Source: an uncultured Rikenellaceae bacterium (GTDB lineage: Bacteria; Bacteroidota; Bacteroidia; Bacteroidales; VadinHA17). Taken from it: a stretch of DNA of 64,000 bases. Each line of letters begins with the position of its first letter. Within the stretch, counting starts at the first letter, position 1. A program made the position numbers and the translations under genes. The stretch lies in assembly GCA_964429295.1 (NCBI GenBank), contig CAYSBL010000009.1, positions 1,448 to 65,447 of the forward strand, in the 5' to 3' direction. The notes under the pieces are model-generated. The model was not told where the DNA came from, ran no database searches, and worked only from the letters and a program-made list of their open reading frames with translations. Of this stretch, positions 47,169 through 55,664 are shown piece by piece.

Positions 47169-47915
47169 ATGTTCTCTTTCAGAAATATTTTCAATCCGCA
47201 AAGGTTTGCAATCCTTCCCGGGAGAAGAACAGAGAACAGGAATTTCCGGATTCCCCTGATCGGAGAAAAAGCACCTTCATTCACCTGTGAGTCCACTGCG
47301 GGAGAATTTAACTTTCCCTATGATTTTGGCACTTGCTGGAAGATCCTGCTCAGTCATCCCCTCGATTTCACCCCGGTCTGTTCGACGGAACTTATTGAAC
47401 TTGCCGTTCTCCAGGAGGAATTTGACAAAATCGGGGCAACACTTTGTGCCGTGTCGACCGATCCCCTTGAGATTCACAAACAATGGAAGGCCGCTCTTGA
47501 AAACATTGAGTACAAAAATTATTCACAGACCAGGATCAACTTCCCCATAATTGATGATACGGGTCTGACGATCGCAAAGCTTTACGGCATGATACATCGC
47601 GAGTCGGACAACAACAGGGATGTCAGGGGTGTTTTTATCATTGATCCGGATAACGTAATAAGGGCTGAATTCTTTTATCCACAGGAAGTGGGCAGAAACA
47701 TGGACGAACTGCTGAGGACTGTAATAGCCCTTCAGACCGCGGATGATCATAAGGTGCTGACACCTGCAAACTGGAGAACCGGAAATGATGTTCTAGTCCC
47801 ATTCCCTGTTAAAGCTCCCATGTCCCATGCAAATACAGAATCATCAGAATACTATCAGCTGTCGTGGTTCATGATCTTCAAAAGGGGTATCAGCGGATCT
47901 GTTAAGAAACAATAA
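47169..47915 (+). CDS. Peroxiredoxin, Prx6 class, 1-Cys type
   Basis: SHPLDFTPVCSTEL, GRNMDE, TPANW; lacks the C-terminal CxDWxxC. Confidence 0.88.
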   Translation: MFSFRNIFNPQRFAILPGRRTENRNFRIPLIGEKAPSFTCESTAGEFNFPYDFGTCWKILLSHPLDFTPVCSTELIELAVLQEEFDKIGATLCAVSTDPLEIHKQWKAALENIEYKNYSQTRINFPIIDDTGLTIAKLYGMIHRESDNNRDVRGVFIIDPDNVIRAEFFYPQEVGRNMDELLRTVIALQTADDHKVLTPANWRTGNDVLVPFPVKAPMSHANTESSEYYQLSWFMIFKRGISGSVKKQ

Positions 47916-48085
47916 GTCGCCATTCCGGATCAAGTTGGCTAAAACCTTTCATTTTATTCATATCTTCAACTTATGAATTCAGATCTTTTTCAGTTGCCTG
48001 CTGATCAGAATTCCTGCTTAATGCTTGAAGCCAGCCAGGCAAAGGCCTGACATGAAAATTAAACTGTAATATACCTGAGAGTACA

Positions 48086-49756
48086 ATGCAAAAAACACTG
48101 ATAACGATTGTCCTGGTTATGCTGACCGGAATAGCACCATGGCAGTCCGGATATGCACAAAATGCCCGGGCCGGTAACGAAATCCGCCCAAGAATTGTGA
48201 ACATCATCAACTTCATACGACTCCTGGAACCCAGGGATGCCAAAATTACCGAAGATGTTTTATATCAGACAGTAGTCAAACAGATTGAACTGATGAAGGA
48301 GTACAATCTCGGAGGCACCTTCCTGCTGCAGTACGACGCGTTGATTGACACACGATATCAAAAGCTGCTTAAAAGCCTGCCTTCAGGATCGTTTGAGATT
48401 GGTGCCTGGTGGGAGATCCCCCAGCCAATGGCGGAAAAAGCCGGATTGATATGGAGGGGACGCTATCCCTGGGACTGGCATGCAAACATTGGATTCACGA
48501 CAGGATATACCCCTGAAGAACGTGAAAAGCTGGCCGATGTGTACATGAGCGATTTTAAATCAATATTCGGCTATTATCCGAAGTCGGTGGCTTCATGGTT
48601 CATTGATGCCCATTCCCTGGACTACCTGTACCGGAAATATAATATTATAGCTTCTGCAAATTGCAAGGACCAGTATGGAACCGACGGCTACACTCTCTGG
48701 GGCGGTTACTGGAATCAGGCTTACTACCCGAGCAAACTCAACTCCTACATGCCTGCCCAGAATGCCGGAAACCAGATCCCTGTTCCAATCTTCAGGATGC
48801 TGGGAAGCGATCCTGTCCGCCAGTACGACAGCGGTCTGGGCAGCAACGGACAGGGAGTTATAACACTGGAACCGGTATACAAACATGGCGGAGGCGACTC
48901 CGGCTGGGTGAACTGGTATTTCAGTGAATTTGTAGCCGGAGAGTGCATGGAATTTGCCTATACCCAGGCCGGACAGGAGAATTCCTTTACATGGGACGCA
49001 ATGAGAAAAGGACTGGAACTGCAAATCCCGCTGATTGCCAGCCTCAGGGATCAGGACCTTATCCGGGTTGAAACACTTGGCGAATCAGGAAAATGGTTCA
49101 GAGAAAATTACAAAGTAACCCCTGCCACATCGGTCACTATCAATAATGATCTTCCCCCCGGCAAACTGAAAACCGTGTGGTTCAACAGCAGGTATTACCG
49201 GGCTAATATTATCTGGGAAGACAATACGCTGAGAATTAGGGATATCCATATTTTTAACGAGATGATCCCTTCAATCTATGAGAAGGAACCGACTACCTCT
49301 AACGAATGCAAATTCTTCACCTTGCCATTCGTCGACGGCTTTCTGTGGAGCGACAATCAGCATCTTGCGGGATTGAGACTTAAAGTCACAGCCGGAAATA
49401 AAGAAATCCCGATTATTGGAGGTGACCCGGAAATCACAAGTCCCCGTAAAGGAATCCTGCAAATAAAATGGCCTCTGAAATCTAACGGGGGAACATTCAT
49501 CGTAAACATGAATGAATGCGAAATTAAAATGGCCCTGAAAAGCGATAAGACAGAAGACTGGTTCCTGGAACTGTCAAAAGCTGATAATAAGAAGCTGCCT
49601 TTTACAAGTATCAGCAGGAGGAATATTGACTGCAGTTTCGAAGGATTTGAATATTCGGTAAAGGCTTCAAAAGGAGCTTTTGAATCTTCGGATAAAGAGA
49701 CCGGCTTCAGAATCCGCCCGCAAACCAACAGGATTGTAATCAAACTGGCTCAGTAA
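48086..49756 (+). CDS. Secreted hypothetical protein, possible carbohydrate-active enzyme
   Basis: Signal peptide; aromatic- and acid-rich segments (WRGRYPWDWH, TDGYTLWGGYW, QENSFTW); CAZyme neighbourhood. Confidence 0.7.
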   Translation: MQKTLITIVLVMLTGIAPWQSGYAQNARAGNEIRPRIVNIINFIRLLEPRDAKITEDVLYQTVVKQIELMKEYNLGGTFLLQYDALIDTRYQKLLKSLPSGSFEIGAWWEIPQPMAEKAGLIWRGRYPWDWHANIGFTTGYTPEEREKLADVYMSDFKSIFGYYPKSVASWFIDAHSLDYLYRKYNIIASANCKDQYGTDGYTLWGGYWNQAYYPSKLNSYMPAQNAGNQIPVPIFRMLGSDPVRQYDSGLGSNGQGVITLEPVYKHGGGDSGWVNWYFSEFVAGECMEFAYTQAGQENSFTWDAMRKGLELQIPLIASLRDQDLIRVETLGESGKWFRENYKVTPATSVTINNDLPPGKLKTVWFNSRYYRANIIWEDNTLRIRDIHIFNEMIPSIYEKEPTTSNECKFFTLPFVDGFLWSDNQHLAGLRLKVTAGNKEIPIIGGDPEITSPRKGILQIKWPLKSNGGTFIVNMNECEIKMALKSDKTEDWFLELSKADNKKLPFTSISRRNIDCSFEGFEYSVKASKGAFESSDKETGFRIRPQTNRIVIKLAQ

Positions 49757-49764
49757 GCGGGAAA

Positions 49765-52700
49765 TTATTTCAGTGTTACATCGAGATAAACCGAATAACG
49801 CCCGTAGGTTTCATAGAAGGGTTTGAATACAACACCATCAATAGTAAATTCCAGTTTCTCCGGATCGCCTGCAATTGACCGTCCTATGTCTTCTGCGTTT
49901 AAGGTTACCTTACGCCATTCCGTTCGCGGCTCTGCCTCCTGGGCTGCAAGCAGTACCGGCCCGTAAAACAGGCTGGCTATATTCTGTTGATCCATAACCG
50001 GCTCGAGGTAGAAACTGAACGGCATCCTCAACTCAACCTTATCCCCGTTTTTCCATTTGCGGCTTAAAGTAAGATAGCTTCCGGGCATAGCATTGATCTT
50101 CTGTTCCTTGCCGTTTATCGTCACAAAAAAGCCTTTGGTCGCCCAACGAGGCACGCGTACATTAAGATCAAACTTTCCCCTGCCGTTAATGGTCAGCAGG
50201 GTCCGGTCCTCTTCTGGATATGCTGTTGTTTGCGATACAGTAAGGTTCCTTTCTGCCCATTTCAGCGTCGAAGGAACATAAAGGTTCACATACAATGCAT
50301 GGTTGTCGGCGCTTCTGAAATATATTGAATTCTGAAGTTTAGTACTGCTCTCCAAAGCTGTACCGTTACAGCAGCTGAAACCATTCATTTCGGCGTTGCC
50401 GAACTGCTTTACCGAACCTGGCCGCAGTGGTACGTGATAGGTATTTGCAGGAGTATGCTCGGCAACAGAAGCAAGAATGTGATTGTACAGTCCGCGTTCA
50501 TAATAATCCATGTATTCTGCTTTCTGATTGAAGAGAAACAGGTTACCTGTCAGTTTGAGCATATTATAGGTGGCACAGGTTTCATTCTGGCCTCCGGCAG
50601 CGAAACCGTTTTCATAAAGTGTTGCCGGTTGTGCCGTGAAGCATTCTGCATTATTCGGGTTGCGCGCTCCTGCAACACCGCCTATGCTGTACATGTAATC
50701 ATTTGTGACCATATCCCAGAAGTTATCAGCAATATGAAAGTATTGCGGAGCGTCCGAGTCACGATACAGCTCAAGCGCCCCGATGATCTGAGGTATGTGC
50801 TGGTTGGCATGCAAGCCCCGAAGCATATCCACATTTCCGGCCAGCCCGTGTGAATGATCAGCATCACCGTAAAATAGCCTTATGTTATCAAAAAGTTTTG
50901 CAGCTTCCAGGTATCTTGCTTCGCCGGTGATGCGGTACAGTCGCGCCATTGCTTCATTCATGCCTCCGAACTCTCCTGCTATGTATCTGTTCCACATGCT
51001 TATAAGTGTTTCACGCGGAACCCGGCTAAGCCGGGCATGAACCCAGTCGCCCATACCTTTCACGATCTCAAGTGCTTTTTCATTTCCGCTGATTTCATAT
51101 ACATCCATCAGCCCGGCCAGGATCTTGTGAAGGGTATAGTATGGCGCCCAGATCTGGGCAGCAGATCCGCCGTATGTTGCGCCCTTTTCCAGCATGATGA
51201 ACTGATCGGGCGGATAGGCGCTTATAAACCCTTTACCCCAGTTCCAGTAATCATTTCGTATACCTTCCACGCTCAGGTCTGAATTAAAATCCGGTTTGCC
51301 CGGGCCAGCCGGCACGGCAAGCGGATCTGATACGTGTTCTCCTCCGGGAGTTAAGGGCTGCCCTGACAATCGTGACAATTCATACAGTGTATTCACCATA
51401 TAATCCATCTTTTGTGCAAAATTATCCCTTAGCGACTGATCATAACCTGTGCCGGCATAGGCCTGGGCTATTGCGCTGAGATAATGACCTGTGGCATGGC
51501 CGCGCAGTTTGGTCTGCTGACTGTCCCATCCGCCAAGCGGCTTTGCTCCCTCAGGCTGTTTCTGTCCAAAGGCATTGCGAAACATGTAAAGGAAATTGTC
51601 TGGATTCGCAGCAGCAAGTCCATTAATAAACTTATCGCGGTTCTCTATGAATTTCGTACTATGATCATGAATATCCAAGTCCAGGGTGACCTGATCAAGA
51701 TCAAAAATTTCCAGGGTGCGGGCCGGGGCAGCAGGTTCTGCCGCTGCTTTGACAGTGACAACCGCTTTTGGCTGCAGGCCAGTTCCGGCAACCCTTCCAG
51801 TCACTTCATAATTGCCGGGAGCAAGAACCTGGCTGTTATCCTCAGGTGCCGGCCAGAGAACCCTGACCTCCGGGCCTTCGAATTTACTGCCGTAAACACC
51901 TTTCACGAAGCGTGGCAGCCTTGGAAGGTTCCCCGCTGTGGTCTCCACCCGGATATCCGGAACGTCTGTCAGGTATTCATTATACAATTGTGGTGTCGCT
52001 TCCGGAAATTCCGGAAGATTCCTTTCCGCTTCACCTCTTCTCCTCGTGGAATTATCTTCTTTTCTCAGGGCACTGTAGTAGATCCTTGCAATCTGCCTTT
52101 CGCTCAATGGGATCCTGTAAATACGGAAATCATAAAGTTTCGCATTAAGGAAGGTACTTCCGGTACCCAGTGTTTTTCCTATATAAAGTATATTGTTGCT
52201 TTCTGAATTATTATCGAACAGTTGTTCCAGTTCCACAGCCACATTTTCCGCTTTGCCGGCAGGAACACCATTAACGAATGTGGTCAGGGTTAAGGACGGA
52301 ACATCAACAACTACGGCAATATGGTTCCATTTATTGACTGCAACTGCCGGTGAAGCTGCAAAATAATTGCCAGATTCAGTCAAGATCTGAGCCAGGAAAC
52401 CTTCCTTTTCACCGGCTCCGGCCGGGGCAGCGAAGAGATGTGATCTGCCGGTCTTCCCAAAATCAAAAAATACCTGTCCGCTCTTTGATGAACGAAGGAA
52501 GATCCACCCTGTAATACTTATCGATTCTTCTCCTTTAACCGCTTCTCCGGGGATTGATATAAATGCCTCGCTGTCGCCGGTCAGGGAAAGAACATTGCCA
52601 AAAAGACTGTCATTCACAAACCTGTAGTCAGTGCCATTGATGATGCCATGGAGGTTGTTACGCGACCAGTCCCTTACATCCCCTTTGAACTGATAGCGGG

Positions 52701-52818
52701 CAATTAAACCTGTTTCCCCGATTCCATCGAGGATCTGGTCTCCAGTCTGGGCAAATCCCGGAGTCGGGTTCATAAAACAGAAACAAATTATTACAGGGAA
52801 CAGCTTTTTAATACTCAT
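49765..52818 (-). CDS. GH146/GH127 beta-L-arabinofuranosidase-like enzyme with N-terminal LamG and Ig-like domains
   Basis: GHATGHYLSA, PYYTLHK, EFGGMNE, HANQHIP, ETCATYNMLK, CCNGT; LamG signature LYDFRIYRIPLS. Confidence 0.88.
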   Translation of the reverse strand: MSIKKLFPVIICFCFMNPTPGFAQTGDQILDGIGETGLIARYQFKGDVRDWSRNNLHGIINGTDYRFVNDSLFGNVLSLTGDSEAFISIPGEAVKGEESISITGWIFLRSSKSGQVFFDFGKTGRSHLFAAPAGAGEKEGFLAQILTESGNYFAASPAVAVNKWNHIAVVVDVPSLTLTTFVNGVPAGKAENVAVELEQLFDNNSESNNILYIGKTLGTGSTFLNAKLYDFRIYRIPLSERQIARIYYSALRKEDNSTRRRGEAERNLPEFPEATPQLYNEYLTDVPDIRVETTAGNLPRLPRFVKGVYGSKFEGPEVRVLWPAPEDNSQVLAPGNYEVTGRVAGTGLQPKAVVTVKAAAEPAAPARTLEIFDLDQVTLDLDIHDHSTKFIENRDKFINGLAAANPDNFLYMFRNAFGQKQPEGAKPLGGWDSQQTKLRGHATGHYLSAIAQAYAGTGYDQSLRDNFAQKMDYMVNTLYELSRLSGQPLTPGGEHVSDPLAVPAGPGKPDFNSDLSVEGIRNDYWNWGKGFISAYPPDQFIMLEKGATYGGSAAQIWAPYYTLHKILAGLMDVYEISGNEKALEIVKGMGDWVHARLSRVPRETLISMWNRYIAGEFGGMNEAMARLYRITGEARYLEAAKLFDNIRLFYGDADHSHGLAGNVDMLRGLHANQHIPQIIGALELYRDSDAPQYFHIADNFWDMVTNDYMYSIGGVAGARNPNNAECFTAQPATLYENGFAAGGQNETCATYNMLKLTGNLFLFNQKAEYMDYYERGLYNHILASVAEHTPANTYHVPLRPGSVKQFGNAEMNGFSCCNGTALESSTKLQNSIYFRSADNHALYVNLYVPSTLKWAERNLTVSQTTAYPEEDRTLLTINGRGKFDLNVRVPRWATKGFFVTINGKEQKINAMPGSYLTLSRKWKNGDKVELRMPFSFYLEPVMDQQNIASLFYGPVLLAAQEAEPRTEWRKVTLNAEDIGRSIAGDPEKLEFTIDGVVFKPFYETYGRYSVYLDVTLK

Positions 52819-52912
52819 AATAATAACATTTTGTAATATTTAAAACCGGTACGGCATCAATATTCAATGCAATACCATTGGATTTAGGATTGATAAAACA
52901 GAGCGGGGTCAA

Positions 52913-53371
52913 TTAATCCATGATTTTTCCAGCCGCTTCCTCCGTCCATTCCGACAAGGATGAAATATTTCCGGGACTCAGCCTGGCGTCCCTGTGCATC
53001 AGCAGATAAGATTTCAGCGGCATTTTACCTGACTCCACTTCATCCTTAATACCCTGGAGCAATCCGACTTTTTCACGCTGGCTGTAGGTTTCCCATTCTG
53101 AAAAGTTCAGATGAGCCTTCCCTTCAGCTATATGATTTGACAGTAACCAGGATGAGGGCGCAATCTTTGCATACCATGGAAACTGAATCTGGTTTGAATG
53201 GCAGTCAAAACAGGATTTTTTCAGCTGGTCCAGTACAGGTTCCGCTATCAAGCCGCTTTGTGTGATACTTTGTTCATCCTCCGGTTCATTCTCAGGTAAT
53301 CCGGATGGAATGAATTGTATGACAATGAACAGCATTATCAATACCAGCAGGAAAATTCTTAATTTCTTCAT
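52913..53371 (-). CDS. Heme-binding c-type cytochrome-like protein (Haem_bd)
   Basis: N-terminal TM or signal; SCFDCHS, PWYAKIAP, LNFSEW, MPLKSY. Confidence 0.85.
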   Translation of the reverse strand: MKKLRIFLLVLIMLFIVIQFIPSGLPENEPEDEQSITQSGLIAEPVLDQLKKSCFDCHSNQIQFPWYAKIAPSSWLLSNHIAEGKAHLNFSEWETYSQREKVGLLQGIKDEVESGKMPLKSYLLMHRDARLSPGNISSLSEWTEEAAGKIMD

Positions 53372-53398
53372 CGGGATAATTTAATGATGTGCAGGACT

Positions 53399-53785
53399 TT
53401 ACTTCAGAAGGCTGTCAGCCCTGGATACCGCCCATGACTGCAGGAGCCTGCTTTCCTCAGGAAGCATTTTCAGTTCAGGATACCTTTTTACAGCACTAGC
53501 CGGGGGCATCTCATTTTTCCGAAGGACCTTGACAATATCATCAAGTGCAGCAACAAGCTTGTTTTTTGGCAAATTGGGTAAACTGTCCCATAACAGTGCA
53601 AATTTTGCACTTCTTGAATCTCCTGCAGCACTATGACAGCCGTAACATTTGCTATCTATTACCTTCTTTACATCGGCAGTATAGATCGATCCGCCTTTCT
53701 GCGGACTTTTACCGATATATGAACTCTGAAACAGCAAAATGGATCCAATTATCAATGCAGTTGTAATGGCGGCTGAAGTTTTCAT
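53399..53785 (-). CDS. Small secreted c-type cytochrome-like protein
   Basis: Signal peptide; CYGCH heme motif; distal MPP. Confidence 0.75.
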   Translation of the reverse strand: MKTSAAITTALIIGSILLFQSSYIGKSPQKGGSIYTADVKKVIDSKCYGCHSAAGDSRSAKFALLWDSLPNLPKNKLVAALDDIVKVLRKNEMPPASAVKRYPELKMLPEESRLLQSWAVSRADSLLK

Positions 53786-54057
53786 GATTTAAGGTATTTA
53801 CCCAAAGGTAATTGAATTTTTAATATTAAAACTTAAAGTGCCCTGAAACTGGAAGGCTATCGGGTCAGGAAGGAGGTGATGAATAAATGGCATAATACCA
53901 TTACACCATACTTTGACGGCACCCAGGCAGGCTCCAACCTGTTTCATTTCCCTGAAATCTTTAATATGTAAATGCAGGAATATTTATGCATAACAGGACA
54001 AAGTAAAATATATTTATCATATATTTAAAGATCAAATTATTAAGACCACATCCAACC

Positions 54058-55431
54058 ATGAAGAAAACTAGAAGAGATTTTATTAAATCAGCAGGTGCAT
54101 TTACCGCAGGTGCATTTTTTATTCCCAACCTTATAAGTTCTTCGCCCGCAAACAAGCTGAATATTGCTGTTATCGGCGTTGGCGGACAAGGAGCCGCAAA
54201 CTGGGGCAGGGTTATTAATCAGAAAGATCCGCTCTGGAATGAAAACATCGTGGCATTGTGCGATGTTGACGACAACAGGGCTGCTTCCGGCTATAAAGCA
54301 ATGCCAGATGCCAGGCGCTTCAAGGATTTCAGGATAATGCTCGACCAGATGCAAAGGGAAATTGATGCCGTGATGGTCTGCACTCCCGACCACACCCATT
54401 TCCCGGCTGCAATGGCTGCGATGGAGCTTGGCAAACATGTCATTGTCGAAAAACCGCTTGCACACAACGTCTGGCAACTAAGGACACTGCAGAAAGCAGC
54501 CAGATACTACAAAGTAGTTTCCCAGCTGGCTAACCAGGGACATGCCACAAATGGCATTCGCCAGGTGAAAGAATGGTATGATGCAGGATTACTGGGAAAT
54601 GTTACTGAGGTAATAGCCTGGTTTGACGGTCCTACCTTTGGGAAAAACCTGTATTTCGACAAGCCCGAAAGCTTTCCGCCTGCAGGACAACCTGTTCCTG
54701 AATACCTCGACTGGGATCTGTGGCTGGGACCGGCAGCATTCAGGCCGTACAACGCTATCTATGCCCCAAAGACATGGCGAGGCTGGTTCGATTTCGGTAA
54801 TGGCGAAATGGGAGACTGGTGCTGCCATACCCTCGATGCTCCGTACTGGTCGCTCGATCTGGGAATGCCTTCTGTGGCAGAAACCGAGTTCAAATCGCCG
54901 GTTCCCGACAATGGATTTGTCTCAGACAAAGCCATTATACGCTGGGATTTCCCGGCACGCGGAAACAAAGTCCCTGTTACCATGCGCTGGTACGAAGGAG
55001 GATTGAAACCCGATAACCGTCCGGAATGGAACCTTGACAAACTGCCTGGAAGCGGCATGATCATGGTTGGCGACAAACAGTGCCTTATGACAGGCGGTCG
55101 TCCGAATAATCCCAAAATATTGGTGCCTGACAAAGACTGGGCAGAATATCAGAAAAGCCTGCCGGTTCAAACCATCCCGAGAACATTCGAGGAAAACCCG
55201 CAGCGCGAATGGGTTGATGCCATCAAGAATAATAAACTGCCGGGTTCGAATTTCGATTATTCTGCAGGAATGGTGGAGATGGCTCTCATAGGAGTCCTGG
55301 CACAAAGATTCGATACCCGCATTGAATACGATGCGGCAAATATGAAAGTCAGGAATCATCCGGAGCTGGATGCCTATATCAGGGAACCTGCCCGAAAGGG
55401 ATGGGAATACGGGGAAAACCTGTGGAAATGA
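54058..55431 (+). CDS. Tat-exported Gfo/Idh/MocA oxidoreductase
   Basis: TRRDF signal, IGVGGQG, TPDHTH, VEKPLAH, GDWCCH. Confidence 0.92.
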   Translation: MKKTRRDFIKSAGAFTAGAFFIPNLISSSPANKLNIAVIGVGGQGAANWGRVINQKDPLWNENIVALCDVDDNRAASGYKAMPDARRFKDFRIMLDQMQREIDAVMVCTPDHTHFPAAMAAMELGKHVIVEKPLAHNVWQLRTLQKAARYYKVVSQLANQGHATNGIRQVKEWYDAGLLGNVTEVIAWFDGPTFGKNLYFDKPESFPPAGQPVPEYLDWDLWLGPAAFRPYNAIYAPKTWRGWFDFGNGEMGDWCCHTLDAPYWSLDLGMPSVAETEFKSPVPDNGFVSDKAIIRWDFPARGNKVPVTMRWYEGGLKPDNRPEWNLDKLPGSGMIMVGDKQCLMTGGRPNNPKILVPDKDWAEYQKSLPVQTIPRTFEENPQREWVDAIKNNKLPGSNFDYSAGMVEMALIGVLAQRFDTRIEYDAANMKVRNHPELDAYIREPARKGWEYGENLWK

Positions 55432-55664
55432 AAATTTTTCAGGTTGCTATTCTCCCGGTGCATTGAAGAGGTCTGACCGGCAATCCTTGAGCCAGACGCC
55501 TTTCAGACTCCCAATCCTGCATTTCCTTTTCAGTTCCGTCATCAGGATGCCGGGCGACTGAAACAGGGTTTGCTGACAGGTGAAGAAGTGTCATTAAACA
55601 GTTCTTTTCATCACTCTTAAGGTTTTTATAAAATTCCTAAATTTGGTATAAAACCTGTGTCAGC

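Noticed and set aside
53848-53881. ACTGGAAGG...GTCAGGAA (B12-box-like) and AGGAGGTG (SD-like)
   Set aside because: The 5' core of a cobalamin riboswitch is absent; the SD is only 2 nt from one ATG, and the next ATG opens a 2-codon ORF.
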